Source of the DNA: an uncultured Thermoplasmata archaeon
GTDB lineage: Archaea; Thermoplasmatota; Thermoplasmata; UBA10834
Assembly: GCA_963787465.1 (NCBI GenBank)
Contig: CAWBDD010000018.1
Coordinates: forward strand, 29,612-93,611
Length of the DNA: 64,000 nt
Direction of reading: 5' to 3'
The position numbers were made by a program, and so were the translations under genes. The notes under the pieces were generated by a model. That model made no database searches. It was not told where the DNA came from and saw nothing but the letters and a program-made list of their open reading frames with translations. Numbering within the stretch: position 1 is the first letter of the stretch; each line of letters opens with the position of its first letter. Below, in pieces: positions 29,269 through 39,838 of this stretch.

Positions 29269-30423
29269 TCACGCCCCAGGAACCGCACCCTTGCTCTTGG
29301 CCTTCGCCTCGCTTCTGAGTGAGGCGTTGAGGACTGAGCTGAAGATTGCAATCAATATGCCCGTCACCATTTCGGCTATTACGATAACGAGGTCGTATTT
29401 GCTGTCGCCAACGAAGAGCTCCAAGGCGTCGGTCGCCCCCTGGACTATGAATCCGGTTGCGAGAACGGAGACCATCATCACGATGAACGACCACCGTATC
29501 TTCCCCGTCTGGAGGAACGCGTTCACCGCCTTCCCGGATTCGTACGCGAAGACGCCGAACACGAAGAACCAGACCGCTCCCGAGACGAAGATTATGATCG
29601 ATATCGCGAGGCTCCTGTCATGCGCCAGGAGCGACTCCTGGTAGGCGAGCGCCAGGTCGTATCCTATGAGTATCCCCACCACTGCGAGGACGAATCCGAG
29701 GATCGCGAACGGTATGACCAGGCTACCCTGCTTCGCAGAGCGCTTGACGTACTCCAACGACGCACGTGTCCAGTCCGCCCAGTGGTAGGCCCAGCCCACG
29801 AGGTAGAACCCCAGGACGACCCCTATGACGCCGAAGGCCATCTGGGAGACGAGCCCGATGTCGTCGTACCCTCCCTCCGTGAACTGGATGAGCTTGGTGA
29901 CGAGCGAGAGCATCCCCCAGATGATCAGGACGAGCGACAATGGGACGATCCACTTGCGCCTCATCTTCTCGTCCTGGAGGGTCTTCATGACCAGGTAGTA
30001 GGTTCCCTCGATGCTCTTACTCTGCTTGACATAGACCCGCCTGACGGAGTCGATCTTGATCCTCGACGAGATCACAGGGTAGATCGACTCGTCCTCCGCA
30101 CCGTCGCTCACGAGTATCGCCCTGTCGGGCTTCACGACCTCGAGGACGTTCTCCAGTTGCGTGGTCAGTATGAGGTCTGACTGGAAGCCGACGTGAGAAT
30201 CGCCTGACACGGTCGCAATCTCCGCATCCATGCCACGCTTGACGAGGTCGTCGTAGAGCTGCAGCCCGGATAGGATTGCGTTGGTGTCGACCTCCTCCGG
30301 ATCAGCCAGACCGAGGGACACCATGGCGTCGAGGTTCTCCTGGCGGCCGATGACGGGCCCACTGACACCGGCCTTTGTGCCGAGGTCGTCGTCCCTGTCT
30401 ACGCAAAGAACTAGGATCTTCAT
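29269..30423 (-). CDS. DUF373 family membrane protein
   Basis: LVLCVDRDDDLG, DPEEVDTN, VSDGAEDE, VKQSKSIEGTYY. Confidence 0.88.
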   Translation of the reverse strand: MKILVLCVDRDDDLGTKAGVSGPVIGRQENLDAMVSLGLADPEEVDTNAILSGLQLYDDLVKRGMDAEIATVSGDSHVGFQSDLILTTQLENVLEVVKPDRAILVSDGAEDESIYPVISSRIKIDSVRRVYVKQSKSIEGTYYLVMKTLQDEKMRRKWIVPLSLVLIIWGMLSLVTKLIQFTEGGYDDIGLVSQMAFGVIGVVLGFYLVGWAYHWADWTRASLEYVKRSAKQGSLVIPFAILGFVLAVVGILIGYDLALAYQESLLAHDRSLAISIIIFVSGAVWFFVFGVFAYESGKAVNAFLQTGKIRWSFIVMMVSVLATGFIVQGATDALELFVGDSKYDLVIVIAEMVTGILIAIFSSVLNASLRSEAKAKSKGAVPGA

Positions 30424-30532
30424 GTCAGGGCCAAGGTAATGCCTCCTGGGGGTATTTTACCATCGCTCCGGCATACTGACCAGTTTGTTCACGCGTGACT
30501 AGATACGCTTATATAATAACCTAAGAATTATC

Positions 30533-31150
30533 ATGCCGATGGGCAAGAAAATGGAGGATGTCGAGCCCAAGAAAGAATGTCCCAGTTGCGGCCTTGGTGT
30601 CGCCCTCGAAGCCACTGTCTGCGAGTTCTGTGGATGGGACTTCGAAGAGGAGGACGAGTGGATACTCCAGATAGAGAAGCTCGAACGGGAACTCATGCTG
30701 GAGAAGCAGAAGTTCGAGCCCGGCACCGTCAACCACATGATTGAATCCACGCTCAGGAACCCTGTCCTCGAGAAGATCGACCAACCGTTCGCGCCTCACC
30801 CTCACGAGCATGAGCCCGTGCCTCCTCCGCCGAGAGAGGAGTATGACGAGTTCGAGGAGCTCGCGAGACCAGCCCCTGCCAAGACGAGGAAGCAGGCCCC
30901 AGTCAAGGAGACGAGGCCGGCACCTCCCGTGCGCGAGGCGAGGACACGCGCCCTGAAGGCGCCCCCGCCGGCACCGAGGGTCGATGAGCACGTCGCGCCC
31001 AGGACCAGGACCGTCAGGGCGCTCAAGCCAGAGCAGAAACCCTCGCCTGCACCCGCAATCAAGCCCGCTGCGCAGCCAGCCCCGAGACCGGTCCCTGAGG
31101 ACCAGGGCGCGAAGCGCACCAGGACCGTGCGCAAGGTCAAGGGGACCTGA
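30533..31150 (+). CDS. Zinc-ribbon protein with Pro/Arg-rich disordered tail
   Basis: CPSCG...CEFCGWDF followed by low-complexity P/A/R sequence. Confidence 0.7.
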   Translation: MPMGKKMEDVEPKKECPSCGLGVALEATVCEFCGWDFEEEDEWILQIEKLERELMLEKQKFEPGTVNHMIESTLRNPVLEKIDQPFAPHPHEHEPVPPPPREEYDEFEELARPAPAKTRKQAPVKETRPAPPVREARTRALKAPPPAPRVDEHVAPRTRTVRALKPEQKPSPAPAIKPAAQPAPRPVPEDQGAKRTRTVRKVKGT

Positions 31151-31216
31151 AGGGTCCCCACGCACCGTCTGTGTTAAGTAGACATTGAAGGATTACTTCA
31201 CATCCTCAAGGGGGAT

Positions 31217-31864
31217 CTGCAGCTGCGCATACGATGGCATGGCCACGCCTGTTTTGAGGTAGAGGGCAGTGTGAGGGTCGTGACCGATCCACACGACGGT
31301 AGGTCGATAGGGATCGCACCTCCGAAGGTCAAGGGCGACTTGGTGCTCATTTCCCACGATCACTACGACCACAACTGCTCCAGACTCGTGTCCGGTCCCG
31401 AATCCGCGGTCATATCCAAGCCCATCATGACGGTGGAGCGTGGGGTCCGGGTCGAGGGGATCGAATCGTTCCACGACGAGGCCAGCGGTACGAAGAGGGG
31501 CCCGAACATCATGTTCCGGTTCGAGATGGATGGGACCACATTCTGCCACATGGGGGACCTCGGTCACCCGCTGGGCGAGACCCAGCTGGACCGCATATCG
31601 GGCGTCGATTTCCTGTTCATACCAGTCGGGGATGTCTTCACGATCGGCCCGGAGACAGCGAAGACCATCCTGGACCAGGTAAGACCGCGCGTCGCCGTTC
31701 CCATGCATTACAGGACGGGCGGGCTGTCTCTGTCGGTGAAACCGCTCGAGAACTTCCTCGACATCTGCCCGAAGGACTCCGTGGTCAAGGTCGGGAACGA
31801 GGTCGATTTCTCGGACGAGGACCTCCCCCGTCCGGGTACCGAGATCTGGGTCTTCTCGCCGTGA
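31217..31864 (+). CDS. Metallo-beta-lactamase-fold hydrolase
   Basis: IRWHGHACF lies upstream of the ORF-track start (possible CTG start); SHDHYDH, HMGDLG, PMHY. Confidence 0.85.
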   Translation: MQLRIRWHGHACFEVEGSVRVVTDPHDGRSIGIAPPKVKGDLVLISHDHYDHNCSRLVSGPESAVISKPIMTVERGVRVEGIESFHDEASGTKRGPNIMFRFEMDGTTFCHMGDLGHPLGETQLDRISGVDFLFIPVGDVFTIGPETAKTILDQVRPRVAVPMHYRTGGLSLSVKPLENFLDICPKDSVVKVGNEVDFSDEDLPRPGTEIWVFSP

Positions 31865-31866
31865 GG

Positions 31867-32529
31867 TCAGTACAGGCCGAGCCCGTCCTCGAGACGGCCG
31901 AGCTCTATAGGCGTTGACCGGGACCCGATGAACGCGCCCTTGCTGTTCGCGACTGCGCACGCCCCCAGGAACGGCGTCCCGTAGTTCAGGGTCGCGACCG
32001 CTGCGGGCACTTTGAAGAACTCGGATATCTCCTTCAGCTCCGAATCGGTGGTCCTTGGGTGGCAGACCACGCCCTTGGACGTGGCTATGCATGCCGACCC
32101 CACGGTCTGCACGCCAGCGACGGGCCGTCTGATCACCTCGACATCCAGGACGTCCTCGACCAGCTTGAGGGCGTACTTGGAGGCCGCGGGATTCACGTAC
32201 GCCCCGTGGTCGTTAGCCAGTATGTTGTTCCCCGCGGCGTTGAGCTTCTCCTCCATGATCCCGACCCTGGTCCCCAGGGGGAACCTGGCGAGCTCGTGCT
32301 TCTCCGCGAAGTTGGTGACGATGACCCCGTTCGAGTTCGCGACGACGAGCGATCCCACGACTATCGAGCCGGCTATGGTCGTCTTCAGGACCGGGACGCC
32401 CAGAGTCTCTCCGATCTCATTCGCGTCACGGTCGTCGATCGTGTCGGGGACTATCGCAAGCTTCTCGCTAGCAGAACAGTAGACCCCGATGTACGGGCTC
32501 CCGAAGACGTCCCCGAGTCTCAGCATCAA
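31867..32529 (-). CDS. eif6: Translation initiation factor 6
   Basis: GSPYIGV, NAAGNNILAND, TLNYG, TPIELGRLEDGL. Confidence 0.95.
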   Translation of the reverse strand: MMLRLGDVFGSPYIGVYCSASEKLAIVPDTIDDRDANEIGETLGVPVLKTTIAGSIVVGSLVVANSNGVIVTNFAEKHELARFPLGTRVGIMEEKLNAAGNNILANDHGAYVNPAASKYALKLVEDVLDVEVIRRPVAGVQTVGSACIATSKGVVCHPRTTDSELKEISEFFKVPAAVATLNYGTPFLGACAVANSKGAFIGSRSTPIELGRLEDGLGLY

Positions 32530-32544
32530 CTAACCCCGGAGATA

Positions 32545-32835
32545 TCACTCCTCTGGGAGTGATACCTCGATCAGGCCGTCCTCGAACCGTATGGCCTTGA
32601 CCCGCACCCTGGTGGGGGGGTTCTCGATGCCCTCGGACCAGATCCGCTCGTTGACCTTGTTGTCGATCCAGACCTCGCGCTTCTTCTCATCGCCGTCCGG
32701 CGAGGACCTGCCCGCCATGTGCTGGATGACATAGTCCTTGATCTCCTTGATCGCCCTCGGCGCCCGCTTGGTCTTCGGAACCTGCTTCGTGACTGTCAGC
32801 GGGATAGTGAATACCCTCTCAATCTCTTCTACCAT
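32545..32835 (-). CDS. rpl31e: 50S ribosomal protein L31e
   Basis: ERVFTIPL...KRAPRAIK...NERIWSEGIENPP. Confidence 0.95.
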   Translation of the reverse strand: MVEEIERVFTIPLTVTKQVPKTKRAPRAIKEIKDYVIQHMAGRSSPDGDEKKREVWIDNKVNERIWSEGIENPPTRVRVKAIRFEDGLIEVSLPEE

Positions 32836-32844
32836 GTTAAGACC

Positions 32845-33000
32845 TCACACCTTCAACTTCGTCCTTCTCCAGTGGCGCCTCTTGGGGTGCCTCAGGAAGG
32901 CCCTGTTCGTCCTCATCATGACCCAGGCTGGGACCCTTCGGTTGCCCTTGATGGCCTTCATCAGCCTGAGTTTGCGTGCGTGCGGCTTGTGCTTGGACAT
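32845..33000 (-). CDS. rpl39e: 50S ribosomal protein L39e
   Basis: Read by eye: [51 protein letters not shown] (51 aa, below the ORF-track cutoff). Confidence 0.95.
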   Translation of the reverse strand: MSKHKPHARKLRLMKAIKGNRRVPAWVMMRTNRAFLRHPKRRHWRRTKLKV

Positions 33001-33004
33001 GGCG

Positions 33005-33337
33005 TCATCTCCTCTCAATCTTGATCTCTCTCTTCGACGGCATGATCCTCCTGAGGATCTGCCTGAGCGTGTAGTCGTCGATCTGCTGGCTTATCCTTCC
33101 GGACTGCACCAGCATTATCAGCTGGTTCTCGACCGTCTCTACGACGTCCGGCCGGGTCATCCTCAGGTTCGCGAGACGTTCCCTGGCCTCCGGCGTGAGG
33201 AGCTGACGCATGACCATCGCGCGCTGCGAGTCCATCTGCTTCTGCTGCTCCTGCACGAGCACGTCTTGCTGCGCCCTTGCCTGCAGCTCCTGCAGTTTCC
33301 TCTGCCTGAGAGCCTCCAGCTCCGCCTCGTCTGCCAT
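33005..33337 (-). CDS. PDCD5-like DNA-binding protein
   Basis: [14 protein letters not shown]...LTPEARERL...VENQLI. Confidence 0.92.
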   Translation of the reverse strand: MADEAELEALRQRKLQELQARAQQDVLVQEQQKQMDSQRAMVMRQLLTPEARERLANLRMTRPDVVETVENQLIMLVQSGRISQQIDDYTLRQILRRIMPSKREIKIERR

Positions 33338-33347
33338 CCGCCTCAGC

Positions 33348-33803
33348 TCATACGTATTTCGTGAGTTCAGGGTTCTGCGCGGCCATCTCCTTGAGGACCA
33401 CGGTCGACACCTGGTCGACCATCTTCCGGCCCTTCGCGGAGACGACCCTGCCGCCGTCCCTGTCCTTCTGGATCAGCTGGGACTTCTCCAGCTGCTGGAC
33501 CACGTGCCTGGAGATGGACCTTGAGCCGCGAACGGCCTTGTTCGGCTTCGAGCCGCGGTCGGCCTTGCCGCCGTACTCCGCCGCGAGCCTTGTCGAGCCC
33601 ATCGGCCCGTCGATATAGAGCTTCCTCAGAACGGCAGCGCATCTGACGTGCCACCATATGTCGGAGACCGGGCTCTTCTCTCGGTGCCTTCCGGTCTTGG
33701 TGTAGGCTGCCCAGTCGGGGGCCTTTATCGTCTCAATCTTCTTCAGCTCATCGGCTATCCTGGGTATGAGCCGGTTCGCGGGTACGTCGAACGCTGTCGC
33801 CAT
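33348..33803 (-). CDS. rps19e: 30S ribosomal protein S19e
   Basis: [10 protein letters not shown]...[14 protein letters not shown]...YGG. Confidence 0.97.
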   Translation of the reverse strand: MATAFDVPANRLIPRIADELKKIETIKAPDWAAYTKTGRHREKSPVSDIWWHVRCAAVLRKLYIDGPMGSTRLAAEYGGKADRGSKPNKAVRGSRSISRHVVQQLEKSQLIQKDRDGGRVVSAKGRKMVDQVSTVVLKEMAAQNPELTKYV

Positions 33804-33822
33804 TGCATTACCTCAAGCAAAT

Positions 33823-33873
33823 GCGAGACAATCCAAACACGCTGGATTGGTTGCCACCTGAGTGGCAAATCGC
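33823..33873 (-). promoter_or_regulatory. Structured 5' leader of the rps19e operon
   Basis: Two 7-bp hairpins closed by GCGA/UCGC, between TATA (33891-33898) and the SD. Confidence 0.55.
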
Positions 33874-34011
33874 GGATAAGATGGTACCCATATTTAAATG
33901 CTTCCAGCTTATCGGATACCCCTGGCGACTCCCTGGCAGCATCATCGGCGTGCACAGCATGCTCCGTCCGGGCCAAAACCCTTTTGTCGCGGGGATGGCC
34001 TTGCCGGGCCC

Positions 34012-34605
34012 GTGAAGACGGTTGTAGGCATCACGGGAGCGTCGGGCTCTATCTACGGTGTCAGGCTTCTGGAGACGCTCCCCGGACAGAAGATCGTGGT
34101 CGTCTCCGCCGACGGTGTGATGATTGCGAAGGAGGAGACGGGCATGGATGCGGCCGCCATAGGAGCGCTGGCGGACGAGCAGTATGGCAACGACGACCTG
34201 GAATCGCCCATAGCGTCCGGCTCGGCGCGCTTCGATGCGATGGTCATCGCCCCCTGCAGCGCGTCGACGATGTCCAAGATCGCGTGCGGGATAGCTGACA
34301 ACCTGATCACGCGAGCGGCCTCGGTGGCGCTCAAGGAGAGGAGGACACTCGTCCTCCTCGTGCGCGAGACACCGCTCTCCACGATACACCTGCAGAACAT
34401 GGAGCGGCTCTCGGTCGCCGGGGCCGTCGTGATGCCCGCGTGTCCGGCGTTCTACCCGAGGCCGGGGAGCGTCGACGACATGGTCGATTTCGTCGTCGGC
34501 AGGGTGCTCGACCAGCTGGGTGTCGAAAACTCGATGTACGCGAGGTGGGAGGGCGCGACTAGAGGTAGTCGTGGGTCTCGTCGAACTCGTCGACGACCTT
34601 CTTGA
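34012..34605 (+). CDS. ubiX: Flavin prenyltransferase UbiX
   Basis: VGITGASG, IASGS, APCS, RETPLS, PAFY; GTG start. Confidence 0.93.
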   Translation: MKTVVGITGASGSIYGVRLLETLPGQKIVVVSADGVMIAKEETGMDAAAIGALADEQYGNDDLESPIASGSARFDAMVIAPCSASTMSKIACGIADNLITRAASVALKERRTLVLLVRETPLSTIHLQNMERLSVAGAVVMPACPAFYPRPGSVDDMVDFVVGRVLDQLGVENSMYARWEGATRGSRGSRRTRRRPS

Positions 34606-36382
34606 ACTCGTCCTCGGGCAGTGACGCCTTGTCGGCCCAGAGTATGACCGTCGCGTTGTGTATCGCTGCGAGGTCGTTCAGCCGTCTGATGAATGCGAGG
34701 ACCGCCTCGAAGCCGTTCTCCTTCACCAGGAAGTCGACGCCATCGACCAGCAGCCCCGAGCTCTTCGTGGTCATCAGGAAAGTCGACGCGATCTCCATCG
34801 CATCGCCATCCAAGTCCCTCGGGTTCACGTTGTCTATGTCGGTCGTGCTGTCGGAGAAGCGCTTCACCTCGACGCCGTCGCCGAGATCGTGCTCCCCGCG
34901 GATCTTACCGGGAAAGTCCGATGTGAGGACCATCGCTGGCCGGTCCGAGAGGGCCATGGAGCGGATCATCTGGTAGGCGTTCTCCGGCTCCGAATCGACG
35001 ACCATGTAGTTCTTCCCGGGCTTGATCTCCTCCTGGAAGGCACCGCACTTCGTGCACTGTATGGCGAACGGTCCCTCCGTCCCGGAGTAGAGGAAGGTGT
35101 CGCCGCAGGACCTGCACTCGATGGAGCGTGTCTGCTGGGGGAATAGAAGCGCCTGGCACGACGGGCAGCTCTGCGCGCGCTCGGCGCACGCCTGGTGCAT
35201 CGCGGCGCCGCACTCGCACTGCTTGAGCCCCACGCCGAGGTCCACCGGCTTGAAGCATATCTCGCAGAGCATGTCAGGGGCCTCGTCCTCGATCCTGGCC
35301 TGCTTCACCTCTATGACGGTGTCCTCGGGTATCTCGAGGGTCGCCTTCGCATACATGACCTTCGCGACATACCACCCGGTCATGACGATTGCGGGGATTA
35401 TGAAGAAGAGGTACGAGGAGTAGAGGATCGACTCGTTCGAGGAGACAGCGAACAGGTACGGGAGCAGATAGAGCAGAACGATGAAGGCGACGAGAGCATA
35501 GGCGGTGAACCTCACGGAGTCAAGGGGTTTCGCGAACTTCCTGTACTTCCTCGGGTGCAGGAGCCTGAACTTGTCGAATCTCTTACCAGGCTGCCGCAGC
35601 ACGAGCGCAGCGCCCACCAGGACGAGCACGAGAGCGATCTGCTGGTTCTCGAACACCGAGAAATGCTCGAAGGTCAAGGTCTCTTCGTCCTCGAGGATGT
35701 TCGCATCTATCACGCCGTCGAACGAGTACCAGACGATATCGCCCACAGGCGTTCTAATCTCGCTGATGCGCCCGCCCGTGAGGTCCGGAGTCGTGAAGCT
35801 CCCTATCCCGAGTGCGAATGTGCGATGATGAAAGGACACGGCGCCTGAGAACTCGTACCCCGTGGTCGCGTTGATGGCATGGAGGAAAGTGTCGACAGGG
35901 CCCTGCGAGAGCTGGATGAGCTTCGACGAGCCATCGGCTGACGAACCGAAGCTGAGCCCGAACCGGGCATCTACCTCGGCGTCTGGGTCTGTGAACATGA
36001 GCCCGTAGGTCAGGGCCCCGATGTCGGCGTTCGTAGCCTCCGTGAAGTTCGTGGTGGAATCGATGTTGAGCCCCCAGTAGGGCCGCCCCACCAATGATGC
36101 CCCCATGTCGTCCCCGAAGTCACGGAGCTCATCGAACGAGATCATGCCGTCCGAGTCCAAATCGTAGGTCCCCACGAGGGCTTGTCTCAGTCCGATCGCC
36201 GCCTCACCCTTGAACACGAGGGAGACCGAGCCCGAGCCTGCGAGCCGGTCCAGTCCGTTGATGGTGAGCTTCGACTCGATGGAGAGTTCGGGCGGGCCGG
36301 GATCCGCGGATGAGCTACCAATGCTGACGGTCAAAAGCGCGAGGGCCACGACCGCCGCTAGAAGGACAGACGACACTCGCAT
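34559..36382 (-). CDS. Membrane protein with extracellular domain, zinc fingers and C-terminal DUF835 domain
   Basis: Signal peptide, 3 TM, CEIC/CECG...HxxC/CPSC/CRSC/CTKC, then LLVDGVDFLVKENGF (DUF835-like). Confidence 0.8.
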   Translation of the reverse strand: MRVSSVLLAAVVALALLTVSIGSSSADPGPPELSIESKLTINGLDRLAGSGSVSLVFKGEAAIGLRQALVGTYDLDSDGMISFDELRDFGDDMGASLVGRPYWGLNIDSTTNFTEATNADIGALTYGLMFTDPDAEVDARFGLSFGSSADGSSKLIQLSQGPVDTFLHAINATTGYEFSGAVSFHHRTFALGIGSFTTPDLTGGRISEIRTPVGDIVWYSFDGVIDANILEDEETLTFEHFSVFENQQIALVLVLVGAALVLRQPGKRFDKFRLLHPRKYRKFAKPLDSVRFTAYALVAFIVLLYLLPYLFAVSSNESILYSSYLFFIIPAIVMTGWYVAKVMYAKATLEIPEDTVIEVKQARIEDEAPDMLCEICFKPVDLGVGLKQCECGAAMHQACAERAQSCPSCQALLFPQQTRSIECRSCGDTFLYSGTEGPFAIQCTKCGAFQEEIKPGKNYMVVDSEPENAYQMIRSMALSDRPAMVLTSDFPGKIRGEHDLGDGVEVKRFSDSTTDIDNVNPRDLDGDAMEIASTFLMTTKSSGLLVDGVDFLVKENGFEAVLAFIRRLNDLAAIHNATVILWADKASLPEDEFKKVVDEFDETHDYL

Positions 36383-36630
36383 AGTTGACCGACCACTGGA
36401 TTGGTATTCTGCGCTGGGCGACTTAATGCTTTCGCGTCCTGTTATCACGGCCTACACGGTGGAGCCTTCCCGGGTCGCACCAGTCCCACTTCTTCAGCAT
36501 GAGCACTGCCGTCTGCTTCAGGCATCCCATGGACGTCATGCCGTTCGATCAGTCCGCACGTGATGGATGGCGGGAGTGGTGCGGATGACCATGTGGACCA
36601 GACCCTTCGGAAGCGCGAGCCCGTCGATGT

Positions 36631-39510
36631 TCACTCCAAGTATATCGCTGGTCTGCCTGGCTTGGCGAACCTCGCCTTCCCCTTGGGGTCGTGCCTGGCG
36701 GGGTCGTCCGCGATGTAAGCCGACACTTCGCATCCGAACTGGCCGGAGATGAACCCGATGGCGGACCTGACCGTCTCGAGCTCATCGAACGGCACCGTCG
36801 CGGCGCGCCTGTCGTACTCCGACATGCGAGGGGCCTCGGTCGCGAGCTCCTTCGCGTATGCAGGGACCTCTTTCTTCGCCTGCGCGGGCGCGACCGACAT
36901 CGCCGCCTTGATGAGCCTCGACATATCTGGCTTCCCACCTTCGGCGGACAGGGCGTCGACGAGCATGGACCTCTTCCACGCGGGGGAGGTCATCACAACG
37001 ATCCTTGTCGGTCTCATCCCGGTGACCTTGACGATCTCCCCGACGTCGGCGAGGAGCTTCTCAAGCATCCGCTCCTTCGCCTCCTCGGAGAGGACTTGCT
37101 CGTCGACCTTGGCCGGCGGTATCTCATGGGTCGACACGAAGGGCGGCTTGCCAAGCCTCTCCCAGAGCTCCTCGGCGACATGAGGGGTGATCGGGGCCAT
37201 GAGTGGCACCCATGCCTCTAGCGCACGCCTCACCGCTGAGGCGTTCCTGCCGCCCCTCCTCAGATACCATCTGAAGTCCTGGGGCATCTCGAAGTAGACC
37301 TCGTTGGCATAGGACCGCACGTCGTAGTCGTCCATGTGCCTTGTGACCGAAGCGATCCTGCTCTGGGTCCTGGCATCGAGCCACGAATCGATCCCGGAGG
37401 GTGTCTGGTCCGCGATAGCCATCAGGTCCTCCACCTGGGCCGTGACCTTCTCGATACGGTCCCTGTAGGACTCGACCTTCTCCTCCTCCCAGGCAACGTC
37501 GACGAACATGGACGCCACATGGGCGTAGAACAGGCGCATCGAGTCCACGCCGAACCGCTCCGCCGCGTCGGGTATGGGCTCGGCCCCGCCCTTGGACTTC
37601 GATATCTTCCCGCCAGTCGATGTGATGTACCAGTTGACCATGATGCCGCGCGGCCAGTGCTGCGGTCTGAGGATCGCGACGTGGTTCATGAGGAACACGG
37701 GGAAGTGCACGGTCATGTGCTCCTTGCCGCCTAGATTGACGTCGAGTGGATACCAGTACTCGAACTCCGACCGTATGTCATCGAGGACCTTGGACGGCAC
37801 ACCCGTCGCCTTCTCGACGGATGGCGCATCGCCCTTGCCGAGTATGACGTAGTCGAAGAACGCCTCGTTCATCTGGGAGGCCTTGACGCGCCCGTCGTTG
37901 ACGTACATCGATACGACGTAGTAGACGGGGTAGAGCGTGCTGTCGGCTATAGCCTCGATTATCCACCTCTGGTCGAACGGGAATCTCGTCCCCAGCCAGT
38001 TACCCATCCTGACGCAGGCGCGCTCCCGGTACCACTCCAGGACACCCTGGATGTTGTCGTGATACTCCCTCGGAAGGATCTTCATGGTGAGGGCGTGCGC
38101 CTTGGACCTCTCGGTCAGGCCCGGGTTGGCGTAGTCGATGAACCACTGGTCCGGGATACGCTTGACAAGAACCTTCTCCCCGCACCTGCAGAGGACCTCC
38201 TCGGACAGGTCGTAGAACAGGGTGGCGAGTCCGTCCGTCAGCATGCGCGCCCTCATGGCGTCCTTCGCCTGCTCGACCGGTTTGCCGGCGTACTCGCCGC
38301 ACGCCTCGTTCATCACGCCCCTGTGGAAGCCGGTCTTGTAGACCTCCTTCGTGGCCTCCTCGAGCTTGGGGTCCGCTAGGGACGTGATGCCCATCTTCTC
38401 CGCGACCTCCACCGCCGGGAGCGGTCCGTAGCCAGGCGTGACTATGATGGGTATCGGCTTGGCTGAGTCGACCATCTCGTCCGTGATCCCGTATCGCTCC
38501 CTGAGCGGCTTGTCGCGCCTCAGCTCGACGAGAGCGACCCAATCGAACGGAGCATCGGACGGGACGCTCATCACAAGTCCCGTGCCGACGTTCGGGTCGC
38601 ACAGGCTCGACGGGAACACGGGGATCGCCTTGCCGGTGAACGGCGCCTTGCACAACCGGCCCATCAACGACGAGCCGTCGGCGGATCCCTTGACGATGAC
38701 TCCGTCCATCTGGAGTCCGAGCTTCTCGGCAGCCTGTCTCGACACGACCCATGTCTCGCCGCCCACTTCGACATCCACGTACTCAACGTCTGGGTTGACC
38801 CAGAAGTTGGTCAGCCCGAAAACGGTCTCCGGCCGCAGCGTCGCGGCCACCAGCTTCCTCCCGTCATCGAGCTGGAACTTGAGGATGGTGTACTCGAGCA
38901 CCTCTGCCCCCCCACCCTTGGAGATGTCAGTCTCGGACGCGTCTATGGCGACCGGCCCGTGCTCGAGGCACGCGGGGGCGAAGTACGGTTTCTGTATCAG
39001 GAGTCCGAGCTCCTTGAGCTTCCGCATCTGCCACTCGATGAACCTCGAATAGTCCGGCCACACGGTGCACGTGAATCTGCGCCAGTCGGACATGAACCCG
39101 AACCGCTTCCAGTAATCGTTCACGTACACCTCGTTGAAGAACTCGACCACCTTCAGAGGGTCCTTAAGCGAGGCGACTGTCTCGTCGGAACAGCCATTGG
39201 CCTTGAGCGCGTTCACAGTCGCAGGGTCGCCGCGCTCGACCTTGCGCGCGAACCCTATCGCGCCGTTGCCGGTCGCGTGGGTCCCGACGGGGAACAGCAC
39301 GGAGTGGCCGGTCATCTTCTTGTACCGCACGATGGCGTCCGAGACGGTGTAGCCCCTCATGTGGCCGACATGCATGTACCCGGTGACACCTGGGTACGCG
39401 AATATCATGAAGAACTTCTTGCCCCCTGGCTTGGGGACGGCCTCATTCACTCGAGCGCGGTACCACGCCTCGCGCCACTTCGCCTCCAAGGCAGAGAATT
39501 CCAGGGTCAT
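36631..39510 (-). CDS. leuS: Leucine--tRNA ligase
   Basis: HVGH (HIGH), ATLRPET, KISKS (KMSKS), GKEH. Confidence 0.97.
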   Translation of the reverse strand: MTLEFSALEAKWREAWYRARVNEAVPKPGGKKFFMIFAYPGVTGYMHVGHMRGYTVSDAIVRYKKMTGHSVLFPVGTHATGNGAIGFARKVERGDPATVNALKANGCSDETVASLKDPLKVVEFFNEVYVNDYWKRFGFMSDWRRFTCTVWPDYSRFIEWQMRKLKELGLLIQKPYFAPACLEHGPVAIDASETDISKGGGAEVLEYTILKFQLDDGRKLVAATLRPETVFGLTNFWVNPDVEYVDVEVGGETWVVSRQAAEKLGLQMDGVIVKGSADGSSLMGRLCKAPFTGKAIPVFPSSLCDPNVGTGLVMSVPSDAPFDWVALVELRRDKPLRERYGITDEMVDSAKPIPIIVTPGYGPLPAVEVAEKMGITSLADPKLEEATKEVYKTGFHRGVMNEACGEYAGKPVEQAKDAMRARMLTDGLATLFYDLSEEVLCRCGEKVLVKRIPDQWFIDYANPGLTERSKAHALTMKILPREYHDNIQGVLEWYRERACVRMGNWLGTRFPFDQRWIIEAIADSTLYPVYYVVSMYVNDGRVKASQMNEAFFDYVILGKGDAPSVEKATGVPSKVLDDIRSEFEYWYPLDVNLGGKEHMTVHFPVFLMNHVAILRPQHWPRGIMVNWYITSTGGKISKSKGGAEPIPDAAERFGVDSMRLFYAHVASMFVDVAWEEEKVESYRDRIEKVTAQVEDLMAIADQTPSGIDSWLDARTQSRIASVTRHMDDYDVRSYANEVYFEMPQDFRWYLRRGGRNASAVRRALEAWVPLMAPITPHVAEELWERLGKPPFVSTHEIPPAKVDEQVLSEEAKERMLEKLLADVGEIVKVTGMRPTRIVVMTSPAWKRSMLVDALSAEGGKPDMSRLIKAAMSVAPAQAKKEVPAYAKELATEAPRMSEYDRRAATVPFDELETVRSAIGFISGQFGCEVSAYIADDPARHDPKGKARFAKPGRPAIYLE

Positions 39511-39565
39511 CTAATCGGCCAGCGGTAGCACAGAATGCCAGGGACGAATAAAAGGTTTCTTGAGC

Positions 39566-39838
39566 TCACACGCTACGCTTCTTGTGGATGAAGAACGCTG
39601 CGGGCCCAGCGGTCGCGGACACAACGCCCGCGAGGCTCAACGAGAGGCCGATCAGAAGGAATGCGTCGGGTGTCGATGTCGACGAGTTGCTCGACAGGTT
39701 GCCGTCATCCGTGCTCTCGGCGGCGTCGCCAAGGCACGAGACGGTGACCATGAAACCTGCGACGAATAGGAATATGCCGATGCCAACCATAGCGACGATG
39801 GGGCGTCTCCCCTTCGTGACTGTCCCCACGGATCTCAT
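39566..39838 (-). CDS. Small two-TM membrane protein
   Basis: Two hydrophobic helices, basic C-terminus. Confidence 0.55.
   Translation of the reverse strand: MRSVGTVTKGRRPIVAMVGIGIFLFVAGFMVTVSCLGDAAESTDDGNLSSNSSTSTPDAFLLIGLSLSLAGVVSATAGPAAFFIHKKRSV

Noticed and set aside
34012..34605. Orphan ubiX as a sign of a novel pathway
   Set aside because: ubiD partners are often unlinked in archaea; nothing in the window supports more.
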